Positions 12,201 to 23,600 of a stretch of DNA of 64,000 bases are shown piece after piece. Source of the DNA: Octopus vulgaris (lineage: Eukaryota); assembly GCA_951406725.2 (NCBI GenBank), contig OX597814.1, forward strand, positions 208,878,001 through 208,942,000, read 5' to 3'. The stretch's first letter is position 1, and each line of letters opens with the position of its first letter. The translations under genes were made by a program, and so were the position numbers. A model generated the notes under the pieces. The model ran no database searches and was not told the DNA's origin. It saw only the letters and a program-made list of their open reading frames with translations.

Positions 12201-12530
12201 TATACTAAATCAGTGGGGGGATCGAAAATGATGCAACCATCTGCAGTTCTGAGCAGATATAGCAACACAGCCAAGGGCAGGTTTTTCATTGGAAAGAATA
12301 ATTGTTGGAAGGAAAGCTAAAGCCTGTCAGAGGGATACCCACCCCTGAATTCATCTGATCTCCATAAACTGGGGAAAATCAAGGATTGCAAAAGGCTGTG
12401 TTGCGAATGTCTTTATCAAAAAAAGAAAGCTCTCGGTGGACACACAGTGGAAACAAGTTTCCAGAGTGTATTCTACAAGGTTGCATTATGTTGAGGGGGA
12501 TGCTGTACAAATAATAAAATGTGTGGTTTA

Positions 12531-12564
<34 letters not shown>

Positions 12565-12574
12565 CACTTTACTC

Positions 12575-12775
12575 TTTTACTATTTTACTTGTTTCAGTCA
12601 TTTGACTGCGGCCATGCTGGAGCACTGCCTTTAGTTGAGCAACTCGACCCCGGGACTTATTCTTTTTGTAAGCCCAGTACTTATTCTATCGGTCTCTTTT
12701 TGCCGAACCGCTAAGTGACAGGGACATAAACACACCAGCATCGATTGTCAAGCAATGCTAGGGGAACAAACACAG

Positions 12776-12812
<37 letters not shown>

Positions 12813-12976
12813 CGACAGGCTTCTTTCAGTTTCCGTCTACCAAATCCACTCACAAGGCATTGGTCGGCCCGGGGCTATAGCAGAAGACACTTGCCCAAGA
12901 TGCCACGCAGTGGGACTGAACCCGGAACCATGTGGTTGGTTAGCAAGCTACTTACCACACAGCCACTCCTGCGCCT
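12575..12976 (-). mobile_element. SINE family A
   Basis: Full-length match to other copies. Confidence 0.9.
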
Positions 12977-14224
12977 GTATGTCTGCTTGTCTGCCTGTCT
13001 GTCTGTCTGATTTGATTAATATTTGTTTTCTCATTTATCTTGATTTTATTTTTCGTTTTTGGATTTGGTTTGCAAGATTCTTTATATGAGTTTGTGTGTT
13101 GAAGCATGTTCTGTTGTGTCTGGGGAGAGTAATTTTCTTTTTGTGCCTTATAATGTAACACACTCACCGGTAAAATTTCCACTTGTTTCTTATTTTTATT
13201 TTGTTTTTATTTCTTTTATTTATCTGGCAGTTTAATTTACCTGTGATTTTAAGTTTGATAAATTTGTATTGTGAATCATTATCATATATGTTTCTGTGTA
13301 TTTATATATGTGTGTGAGTTTATTTCATTTTGTTGACATTATGTGTATTTCATTTTCTAGTTTAATTCAAAGATAAATTCCTGTATTTCATTCTAGTTTA
13401 CCTTTATTGCTACACCTGTCTTATGTACATTTAAGTTTAACTGATAATCCAGTGATGTGTACAAAATTCTTCTGTATTTAAAATTTTGTTGTTGTATATC
13501 CAATTGAATATTAGATAATGTCTCATTTCCTAAGGCAATGTTTAAACAAAATTGGAATCATTTTATATTTAGTTGAATTTACATGTATTTACCTTTAATT
13601 AGAATTGCTTTGATAGAAAAATTATGCAATAGATTTAAGAACCTTTTGTTAAATGTGTTCCCGAATTCTTGGTAATATGTCAATAAATTAAATAGAGTTG
13701 TTTTATGAAACCAGTTTATTCATGATTGTATTAGAATTTAATTGAAACGCATAAGGGGTGTATTTTGGTTAGATACTTAGTAAAGAAAAGGTCAAAGGCT
13801 TATTATTGATCAGAAATTCCTACAAGAATTTTGATGAATCTCAATGTCAATCTGGTGCAAATGCAGCCGTTATGAATTGAATTCCCTTTCTTGATGTCTT
13901 GCATATGTTAGGAATGTTATGGAAGCAAGTCTAAAAGAGTGAAAAGGATATGCCTATTTAAAAATTGTTAAAAAAAAGATGGAAGCAGAGAAACTTTTGT
14001 AAACTTTTGTTAAGGGATTAGAGCTTATTATGAATGAAAATCTTGGTAGAGCTCGAGACTATGTACAAAAGGAAGAATCTGAAAATTGGTTGGCTGTTGA
14101 TTGAAGCTAAAGTGAGTGTCAGAAATATGTCAAGCCATAATGAGCTATGAAATGTGAACAGTATAATCAACACTGGGCAAGTTACATGCACATGTGGATA
14201 CATATTATATGAACATGCATATTT

Positions 14225-14460
14225 AAGGCGGTGAGCTGGCAGAAACGTTAGCACGCCGGGTGAAATGCGTAGCCGTATTTCGTCTGCCATTACGTTCTGA
14301 GTTCAAATTCTGCCGAGGTCGACTTTGCCTTTCATCCTTTCGGGGGGGTTGATAAATTAAGTACCAGTTACGCACCGGGGTCGATGTAATCGACTTAACT
14401 CGTTTGTCTGTCCTTGTTTGTCCTCTCTGTGTTTAGCCCCTTGTGGGTAGTAAAGAAATA
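14225..14460 (+). mobile_element. SINE family B
   Basis: Family match; flanked by a 16-bp direct repeat TATATGAACATGCATA (TSD). Confidence 0.92.
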
Positions 14461-15074
14461 TATATGAACATGCATACACACACACACTCTCTCTGCCCCA
14501 CCCTCTAATTGGATGGCTGTTGAATCTTTCGAATTCATCTCTCATGACATTTTTCCTTCTGTTGGATGTAAAGAAAAAACTCAACACCCTCCTCATCATG
14601 CAGGATTAATGGGGTTACCTATTCAATCACTGAAAACATAACCCTACACATGTTGCACTGGCTTACATGATTACCTGGAACAGGTCATTCATTACTACAT
14701 TAATGGTCTGACGATAAACTTGAAGGAAACAAAGGTAATGTTCAATCCAGCACCAGGTGTGCACTACGTTGACGCAAACATCTTTGTGTAAGTTAACAAA
14801 TTAGAAGTGGACCCGTTTTTATATCTTGGGAGTATCAGGAGCTGGATCCCTAGATGCTGAATTTCACTCATATCCAAAATCCTTGTAAAGATTTTGGTAA
14901 GGTATTTCAGCTAAAAAGCCAGTGTCTATAAGACATGTGTTTTGATGTTCCTCCTGTGCTTGTCCAAGAGGGACAGCATTTGGTCAATATCTTAAGATGC
15001 TTGAGAGATTTCACAAAAAATGTCTGAGGGGCATACTCAAAACCAGGTGGCAGACTCTAACAGCAGACACTAAG

Positions 15075-15387
15075 ACGGACTTGGTAAACACCCACGAAGT
15101 TATCAACCACCTCACCAACAACAACACTGAACACCTTTTTGATCTCCATGTGTCTAACACACGTGGACATGCCTACAAAGTCAGAAAACAACACAGCTCC
15201 CATGACTTTCGGAAACATTTTTTCACGCTCAGAGTTGCTGAAGCATGGAATAAACTGCCTGCGTCAGTTGTTGACTGCCATGACACTGCATCCTTTAAGG
15301 CCCTCATGCTTTCCGAAATCCGCCGAAACTACACCTGATTATATATACACTTTAGATGAGTTGTAGTGCACCTGAGCACTGTACACA

Positions 15388-15417
<30 letters not shown>
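15075..15417 (+). mobile_element. CR1-clade LINE 3' end
   Basis: NTRGHAYKVRKQHSSHDFRKHFFTLRVAEAWNKLPASVV...FK, short UTR, (ATT)n tail. Confidence 0.88.
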
Positions 15418-15418
<1 letters not shown>

Positions 15419-15664
15419 TCCTGAGAGCTGACTATCTTATTAGTGAATCACGGATCATCACCAGTCAAATGCATTAGGCATATGCGGAAGAGTAATGAAC
15501 AGCTCTTGAAACAGCTTCTCTGCATCAAATTAGAAACTGGAAAGTATCTACAATTAGGCTTTAAAAACGGATACTACTACTGCATAAAATACATCCTTGA
15601 GATAAAGGTGAATGACTGAGAAGAGCTGCCTTAATGTTTCTAATCATTCAATGAATGATTAGAG

Positions 15665-15883
15665 CAGTGCTTTTCAAACTTTTTGCTGGAGCGGAACCCC
15701 AAGGAAACATTCCACTGGCTCGAGGAACCCCTGTGCAATAATTTAATAGTCTTATGCACTCATATCTGCACAGGAGAATTAAAAATTACTGCTGATTTTA
15801 GCAGTTTTGTAACTTCTTGCGGAACCCCTGGACTGTGCTGGCGGAACCCTAAGGTTCCGCGGAACCCTGGTTGAAAACCACTG
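15665..15883. mobile_element. hAT-type MITE
   Basis: CAGTG..TTTCAA TIRs; perfect 8-bp TSD GATTAGAG. Confidence 0.93.
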
Positions 15884-16203
15884 GATTAGAGGCATTAAGG
15901 CTGTGACATTTTGAATAAGGGCAGATGAAACATGTCAAACTAAAATGTGCCTTTTGTAAAGCCTTCATTCCAAACCTGCATAAGAACTTGAAGAGCTGAA
16001 AGCGTAATACCTACAGATATGCTCTTTTTTTTTGGAAAGCAGGGTTAGTTAATCACATGAAATTGCACATCACACACACATGCCCATTGAAACAGTCTGT
16101 TGCCACATCTGCAGCTTGTTGCCACATCTGCAACATACTACTTGTGCAGCATGCAGCAAAATGCCCAAATCCAAAGCTGTATGTTAAGTTATATGCACTG
16201 GAA

Positions 16204-16404
16204 CAGTGCTTTTCAAACTTTTTGCTGGAGCGGAACCCCAAGGAAACATTCCACTGGCTCAGGGAACCCCTGTGCAATAATTTAATAGTCTTATGTACAC
16301 ATATCTGCACAGGAGAATTAAAAATTACTGCCGATTTTAGCAGTTTTGTAACTTCTTGCGGAACCCCTGGACTGTACTGGCGGAACCCTGGTTGAAAACC
16401 ACTG
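16204..16404. mobile_element. hAT-type MITE (second copy)
   Basis: Same family; perfect 8-bp TSD CACTGGAA. Confidence 0.93.
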
Positions 16405-16658
16405 CACTGGAATATCATACATATACACACAGCTGTACCCTTTGCTCAAGTTCTTCTTCAGCCTTCCTTATCACTTACCATCTCTCTATAACTGATCCCT
16501 CCATTGATGTGTACAAACAACTACACGGGTGTATGTTCAAATACTACAAAATATACAAAAAAAGTAATTGTGGGTGATGGTCTTTGTTCCGGGCATACAC
16601 CAGACACATCTTTGATGCATTGCATAAAGGCACAAGATTCTGTGATGCTGCCTATGAC

Positions 16659-18139
16659 ATCATCATCATCATCATCATCATCGTTTAGCGTCCGTTTTCC
16701 ATGCTAGCATGGGTTGGACGGTTCTACTGGGGTCTGTGAAGCCAGAAGGCTTCATCAGGCCCAGTCAAATCTGGCAGTGTTTCTACGGCTGGATGCCCTT
16801 CCTAACGCCAACCACTCCGTGAGTGTAGTGGGTGCTTTTTACGTGCCACCTGCACTGGTGCCAGACAGAGCTGGCAAACGGCCACGAACGGATGGTGCTT
16901 TTTATGTGCCACCGGCACGAGGGCCAGGCGAGGCTGGCAACGGACACGAAACGGGGCGGTGCTGGCAACGGTCGCGAAACGGAAAGTTCTCTTACATGCC
17001 ACCGGCACTGGTAACACATCTGCAATTTCCATTGATCGATTTCCATTGATCGATTTCGATTCTGATTCTCACTTGCCTCAACGGGTCTTCACAAGCAGAG
17101 TTTCGACATGCCACCGGCACTGGTAGCACATCCGCAATTTCCATTGATCGATTTCGATTCTGATCCTCACTTGCCTCAACGGGTCTTCACAAGCAGAGTT
17201 TTGACATGCCACCGGCACTGGTAGCACATCCGCAATTTCCATTGATCGATTTCGATTCTGATTCTCACTTGCCTCAACGGGTCTTCACAAGCAGAGTTTT
17301 GACATGCCACCGGCACTGGTAGCACATCCGCAATTTCCATTGATCGATTTCGATTCTGATTCTCACTTGCCTCAACGGGTCTTCACAAGCAGAGTTTTGA
17401 CATGCCACCGGCACTGGTAGCACATCCGCAATTTCCATTGATCGATTTCGATTCTGATTCTCACTTGCCTCAACGGGTCTTCACAAGCAGAGTTTTGACA
17501 TGCCACCGGCACTGGTAGCACATCCGCAATTTCCATTGATCGATTTCGATTCTGATCCTCACTTGCCTCAACGGGTCTTCACAAGCAGAGTTTTGACATG
17601 CCACCGGCACTGGTAGCACATCCGCAATTTCCATTGATCGATTTCGATTCTGATTCTCACTTGCCTCAACGGGTCTTCACAAGCAGAGTTTTGACATGCC
17701 ACCGGCACTGGTAGCACATCCGCAATTTCCATTGATCGATTTCGATTCTGATTCTCACTTGCCTCAACGGGTCTTCACAAGCAGAGTTTTGACATGCCAC
17801 CGGCACTGGTAGCACATCCGCAATTTCCATTGATCGATTTCGATTCTGATTCTCACTTGCCTCAACGGGTCTTCACAAGCAGAGTTTTGACATGCCACCG
17901 GCACTGGTAGCACATCCGCAATTTCCATTGATCGATTTCGATTCTGATTCTCACTTGCCTCAACGGGTCTTCACAAGCAGAGTTTCGACATGCCACCGGC
18001 ACTGGTAGCACATCCGCAATTTCCATTGATCGATTTCGATTCTGATCCTCACTTGCCTCAACACGTCTTCACAAGTAGAGTTTTGTGTCCCAAGAAGGAA
18101 GGTATGCATACCTTCCCTTCTTGGGACACAAAACTCTAC
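16659..18139 (-). mobile_element. RTE 3'UTR insertion with internal tandem array and terminal palindrome
   Basis: (CAT)n tail on the left; the array unit and distal sequence are homologous to the UTR downstream of the RTE ORF at 30570-30660. Confidence 0.8.
16993..18084. repeat. tandem array, 11 x 98 bp
   Basis: GACATGCC recurs at 17105, 17203, 17301 ... 17987 (period 98); the internal units differ at about 2 positions. Confidence 0.97.
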
Positions 18140-18806
18140 ATCATCATCATTATTCAACATCTGTCATCTTTGCCTGGCAGAGGTTGAACGGTTTGACCAG
18201 AGCTGCTAAGCTGGGAAGCTGCACCAGACTCCAGTCTGATTTGGCATGGTTTCTGTGGCTGGATGCCCTTTCTAATGGTAACCACACTACAGAATCTGCT
18301 GAGTGCTTTTACATGGCACTACAAAGATGCTTTTATGTGGTGCTGTATGGGCCCTTTTCTGTCAGAAATTATGAAACCTGTTTCATATCAAAAGTTGTAG
18401 AACCTTTTTATATGGGAAACCTTAGTTAATGCTGATTGCATGTCGATAATCTCATATTTTGGTGTTTCCATTAAAAATCTTCTCCTGCTATTATATAAAA
18501 TATTTAAGTAAACTAGGGATCTCATAAACACATATATCTTTGTTTGAAAAGACAATAACAGAAATGATAAATAAATAAATAGAAAATGTAATCAGAAAAC
18601 AATTTAATGAGATTTTATGATTGATCTTCCTAAGAATAACAGTTAGATATTTGATTCTGATATCATTAACTTTTGTTTCATTTTAGTCCCTGACATGAAT
18701 ATCTATCATCAGATATCTTGAATGTATTAATTTACTTTATAAATAAAAATATTGGCTCACAACAGTGAGTTGTATGGAGACTAGATACAATTTAACACAC
18801 ACACAC

Positions 18807-18844
<38 letters not shown>

Positions 18845-18974
18845 GAAGGAAAAATGATTCCTTTAAAGGGGTGTGAAACTGGTACGGCAGTTGAATACCA
18901 CAGAAGTAGGGGTATAAATACAAATTTCAAATTGAGAAATACAATTGACAATCTAGCAATTTATTACATTATAA

Positions 18975-19250
18975 TCTATATATATAAAACTAAGAATGTG
19001 TGTGTCTGTGCATCGTTTAAACTTGAGAATTACCCAACTGATTTCCATCAAATTTTACATATGTCTTACTTAGGGTCCATGGAATGTCATTGGCCCCCAA
19101 AATTTTCAACTTCTTGCTTAATACGAGCCTGGAGCAATCTCTTATCTCTTACACAGGTTCAGTATTACATGTCAAAAGTGAAACAATAATATCTCTGTTG
19201 TAATGTGATATAATACTCTCACTATTATATGGTTTCAATTTCAATTACAT
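18975..19250 (+). mobile_element. Helitron 5' fragment
   Basis: A|TCTATATATATAAAACT start; homologous to the 5' end of 55882-57048. Confidence 0.65.
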
Positions 19251-19339
19251 TATCTATGTATGTATATATATATATATATATATATTAGTTTCATTTCTAT
19301 TAGTTTCACTATGTATTTATATACATGTTTGAATATATG

Positions 19340-19790
19340 CCACGCTACTGAAGTACCACCTCTGATGGGCAGGGCATGTCTCCAGAATGGAGAACCATCG
19401 CCTTCCAAAGATTGCCCTGTTTGGCGAACTCTCCACCAGCCACCGAGTGAGAGGAGCTCCGAGGAAGCGCTACAAAACTGCCTCAAGAAGTCTCTAACAG
19501 CATGTCATATTAACCACCAATGCTGGTCAGACCTGGCTGCGGACCGTGATGTCTGGCGCCACACAATCTTCAACACAGTCAGCAAGTTTGAGGAACAAAG
19601 AAGAGACACACTTAAAGACAAGAGACGCAGGAGGAAGGCGCGAGCCGCCTTTGACACCACACCGGATGTTACCTTCGTCTGTGGACACTGCTCACGGACC
19701 TGCCTTTCCCATATTGGACTTGTCAGTCATGAGCATGCATGCACGTGACATGGACAGCCTTCCTGATCATCGTTCGAGAAACCGAGCCAT
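19340..19790 (+). mobile_element. RTE (BovB-like) LINE 3' end
   Basis: RWAGHVSRMENHRLPKIALFGEL in an alternate frame; WSDLAADRDVWR; C-terminal CGHCSRTCLSHIGLVSHEHAC zinc finger. Confidence 0.88.
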
Positions 19791-19891
19791 AATATATATA
19801 TATACACACAATTGTTAAACTGGACAGCAAACATTAAGGCAAGGCAAACATCTCAAGTCATATACAATATTATTATAGGAAGAAATTCAAA

Positions 19892-19947
19892 ATCTTACAG
19901 CTGTTTCTGGGATATCTCTGAGTATGGGATATTCCGTCATCAGAGAC
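19892..19947 (-). ncRNA. type I minimal hammerhead ribozyme motif (Penelope-like context)
   Basis: GUCU-CUGAUGA-stem II (imperfect)-GAAA-CAGCUG-UA-AGAU: canonical core, palindromic stem III, GUA site. Confidence 0.72.
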
Positions 19948-20266
19948 AAATAGGGAAAAAGTAGGGAAAATGAGAATTGTATATATTAATGAGATGATGA
20001 CATAGAGTAAGGGAGTAAAAGAATAAGATGGAAGGAGAGAAGAAAAAAGAAGCATAAAAGTTCATTGTTCAACTTTCCGAAGTTATAGAAAGCAGAGCAT
20101 GAGTCCAGTCCTTAGGTGCAATCCTGTGTAGATCCATTAGTGCAAGTCCTTAGGTGCAATCTTGCGTATATCCATGTGGGTTAAAATTCTGATATGGTAG
20201 ACATCCCACCCCAAAAAGATATGAACATATCAACATTCAATAAAAGTATGGTAGGGAAGGTAGCTA

Positions 20267-20407
20267 TAAGGTTGTCCCAAAAGTTCGTAGAAAGTCTTGG
20301 AAAATAATGGTCTTTATTTTGAGGAATAATTTTTGTTGTTTTTGTTAATACTTGGCGAGTAAAAATTCAATTTTCGCAAGTGTTTATGAACTTTTGGGAC
20401 AACCTAA
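20267..20407. mobile_element. Tc1/mariner-type MITE
   Basis: TIR AGGTTGTCCCAAAAGTTC on both ends; TA TSD. Confidence 0.87.
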
Positions 20408-21739
20408 TATTAACCCTTTCGATACCAACCTGGCCGTAGCCAGCCAAAAAATTTTTGGGTTCATAAGACCAACCCGGCTGCAGCTAGCTGTGAGTACCCA
20501 TATATTCCTAGACTGTGAGTACCCATATATTCCTAGACTGGGTGGGGCATTGTGTTCTTGGGCTAAGCAATTTGTCTCATGTTGTTCTGTGATCACTTTG
20601 ACACCTGATGCATGGTACACGGTGCACCTGTTCAGACAACATCGATCTGATGGAGAGAGTGAGCTAATGTGCAGCACAAACATTTGATCACTATAAAACA
20701 AATCATTTGTGCAGGTCGTTCAACAAAAACCTGTATACTCATACGTCATCTAACATGGAAGAGTCCATCATATATGTGTGTCTGTGTGTGTGTGTGTATA
20801 CACAATCACACACAGTTAAATAGAGGTTTCTGTATGAAGCTTACCATGTAAAGTGGTACATTAAATGAAATTATCAACGTTATAAACTACATTTCAATAA
20901 ATGTATCTATCATCACCAATTTCACAAAATGCTTTTTGTTGTTTTCATGAAATAGTCTGTAGAAACCATATCAATTTAAAGTCCACTGATCATGAAAAGC
21001 ACAAGTAGTTGTCAAATATTTTCCTTTGTTTGAACAAAGCCACAAAATTTTTCTAGAAACTAAATCAACTATGAAAATTATGAAAAGAACATTTCTGAAG
21101 AAATTCAACGCATGCAACTGTTAATCCAACGATGGTTTTTTTTTTATCTCTCTCTGTTTTTTTTTTTTCTTATCTCCATCTGTTTTCTCTCCTCACTCCT
21201 TTCTGTAGAAGAGCATAGGCTCAAAACATCAAGGACTCTTCCATTTTACCAGAATGTCAAACTGATACACCTTGTTTGTCTTTGTACCAAGGATAAGATT
21301 CTGTGATCATGTATATGACCTGTTAGAAATTAAGAAACATGTTTCATATCAAAATTGTAGAACTTTTATTCTATGGGAAACCTTATTTAATGTTCAGTGC
21401 ATGTTGGCAATCTGATATTTTACTGTTTCGTTTAAAATCTACTACTGCTATTATATGAAATATTTCAGTAAATTAGGAATCCCATAAAGACATATGTCTT
21501 TGTTTGAAAAAGCCAACAATGGAATTAATGAATAAATAGATAACGTAGTCGACAAATAATTTAATGAGTTTCTATGATTGATCATTCTCAGAACAACAAT
21601 TGGATATTTGATTCTCATATCATTAACTGTGGTTAAATTTTGGTCCTTGACAAGAATATCTATCATCAAACATTGGAAATAAGATAAGATTGGTTCACAA
21701 CAGTTTGGTGTATTGAGATGTGACACAATTTAACATCAC

Positions 21740-22140
21740 CATCATCATCGTTTAACGTCCGCTTTCCATGCTAGCATGGGTTGGACGGTTCAACTGGGAT
21801 CTGGGAAGCCCGAAGGCTGCACCAGGCCCAGTCAGATCTGGCAGTGTTTCTACAGCTGGATGCCCTTCCTAATGCCAACCACTCTGTGAGTGTAGTGAGT
21901 GCTTTTTACGTGCCACCGACGCAGGTGCCAGACGAGGCTGGTGAACGGCCACGCTCGGATGGTGCTTTTTACATGCCACCGGCACGAAGGCCAGGCGAGG
22001 CTGGCAACGGCCATGATCGGATGGTGTTTGTTATGTGCCACCAGCACAGAGGCCAGTCGATGCGGCACTGGCTACGGCCACGTTCGGATGGTTCTCTTAC
22101 GTGCCACCGGCACTGGTATCACAACTCCAATTTCCATGGG
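21740..22140 (-). mobile_element. RTE 3'UTR fragment
   Basis: (CAT)n tail; family match to 16659-16990; interrupts the duplicated unit. Confidence 0.85.
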
Positions 22141-22555
22141 CTTTCAAAAGTATCTCTTTATACTTCAGTACAGAATACTTTTAAACATCAAATTAAGACT
22201 TTAGAATATTAATGTTCTGATACCTCCAAACACTTCCATTTCAACTTCATTTGGTGCTTTGGAGAGGATGGTACCTAAATTTGTGTAGTCGGAAAACTAG
22301 TGTATGTGCAAGGTCCTGTTTTTAGAAAAAGCATCAGCAAGCTTCTCATTTTATTCTTAATTTAGGAAGTCTTGGACTGCTGTGCAATTTTTTTTTTCTG
22401 TATGTGATGTCTCATATCCTTAAAGATTTGCTTCTATCATGTTCATTAGTTATGTTTCCAAGTTGAGGAGAGTATTCAACTGGAAGTTTCTGAGACTGTT
22501 GTATGTGTTTGTGTGTGTGTATATACACACACATACTATATACTCATAAACACAA

Positions 22556-22602
<47 letters not shown>

Positions 22603-23230
22603 CACACACACACATACTACACACACATACTACATACACACATATATAAACACACAAATATATATGTGTATTGAGAAAGAGAGGTAAAGGAGATTTGTTT
22701 TTGCTTCACTAAAAAAAAAAAAATAAAATATTCAGATCGTATTGCTTTGACATATCACACAAGATTCTGGTATTTCTTCAGATATGTTCTTTTGATAATT
22801 TACATAGTTGATTTAGTTCCTAGAAAAATTTTGTGACTTGTTTACACAAAAGAAAAAAATATTTGACAGCTATTTGTGCTTGTGATAACCACTGGACTTT
22901 ATACTGATATGGCTTCCACAGACTGTTTCAGGAATTTCATGAACAAGAAAAAAGCATTTTGTGAAATTGGTGATGATAGATACATTTGTTGAGATGTAGT
23001 TTATAACATTAATAATTTCATTTAATTTGTCATTTTTACATTGTAAATTTCATACAGAAACCTCTAGTTATTTGTGTGTGTGTGTGTGTGAATGTGCGTA
23101 TCTAAATATCTGTCTTTATATATGTCTGTGTATGTTTATTAAAGCTGTGTGGTTATATCTGTGTGTATATATATAAACGTGTGTATGTGTGTGTATGCGT
23201 GTGTACGCATGCACACATCTTTATAAATAA

Positions 23231-23600
23231 CTAGCAGTATCGCCCGGCGTTGCTCGGGTTTGTAAGGGAAATAACTATAAAGCATTTTTAGAGAGTTATA
23301 GCCAAAAAATGGGAAAAAAATGATGGTAATTTTTTTTTAGTTAAAAAGGTCGAGTTGCGTCCCCTAGACAGTCTGTGGTTTGTGTTTCTGATTCTCGACC
23401 CCATGTCGAATTTATCGATTTTTTTCAGAACTGGGGGAACTTTTCAAAATTTTCGCTGCGTTAGTTTTGAATTATGACATTGGGCTATGTGTGTGTCAAG
23501 TTTCATCAGAATCGGTTGAAAGCCGTGGTCAGGGTGAGGGTACAATCTAACAGACACACAGACACACACACAGACAAACTGCCGTTTATATATAGAGAGA
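23231..23600 (-). mobile_element. non-autonomous Helitron
   Basis: 5' TC, 3' hairpin CCCGAGCAACGCCGGG + CTAG, A|T insertion site. Confidence 0.8.

Larger units (their letters stand above)
9312..12520 (+). pseudogene. piggyBac (PGBD-like) transposase remnant with nested insertions
   Basis: Acidic N-terminus (9312-9540), AETNHYA, IIMGI..TKYWSSD, and GIKIWKICEANTGYCCAFSFY...GLGYDVV...YHNQG. Many stops and frameshifts. Confidence 0.82.
14480..16000 (+). mobile_element. old RTE (BovB-like) ORF C-terminal remnant, interrupted by CR1 and a hAT MITE
   Basis: GLTINLKETKVMFNPAPG, YLGS, GSLDAE and LERFHKKCLRGILKTRWQ motifs across frameshifts. Confidence 0.75.

Noticed and set aside
16993-18084. CRISPR-like array or tandem hammerhead (retrozyme-like) reading of the 98-bp repeat
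   Set aside because: There are no unique spacers and no cas genes. On the minus strand GUGAAGA...GAAAUCGAUC lacks a complementary 3-8 pair, a stem II and a good stem I.
20488-20540. 25-bp direct duplication
   Set aside because: Ordinary local slippage at a MITE/SINE fragment junction.
22732-23040. Polinton packaging ATPase similarity, or an alternative genetic code, for the duplicated unit
   Set aside because: The ATPase resemblance (NVSII..SQN..RTIS) needs several ad hoc frameshifts, and two shared stops are too little evidence for recoding.
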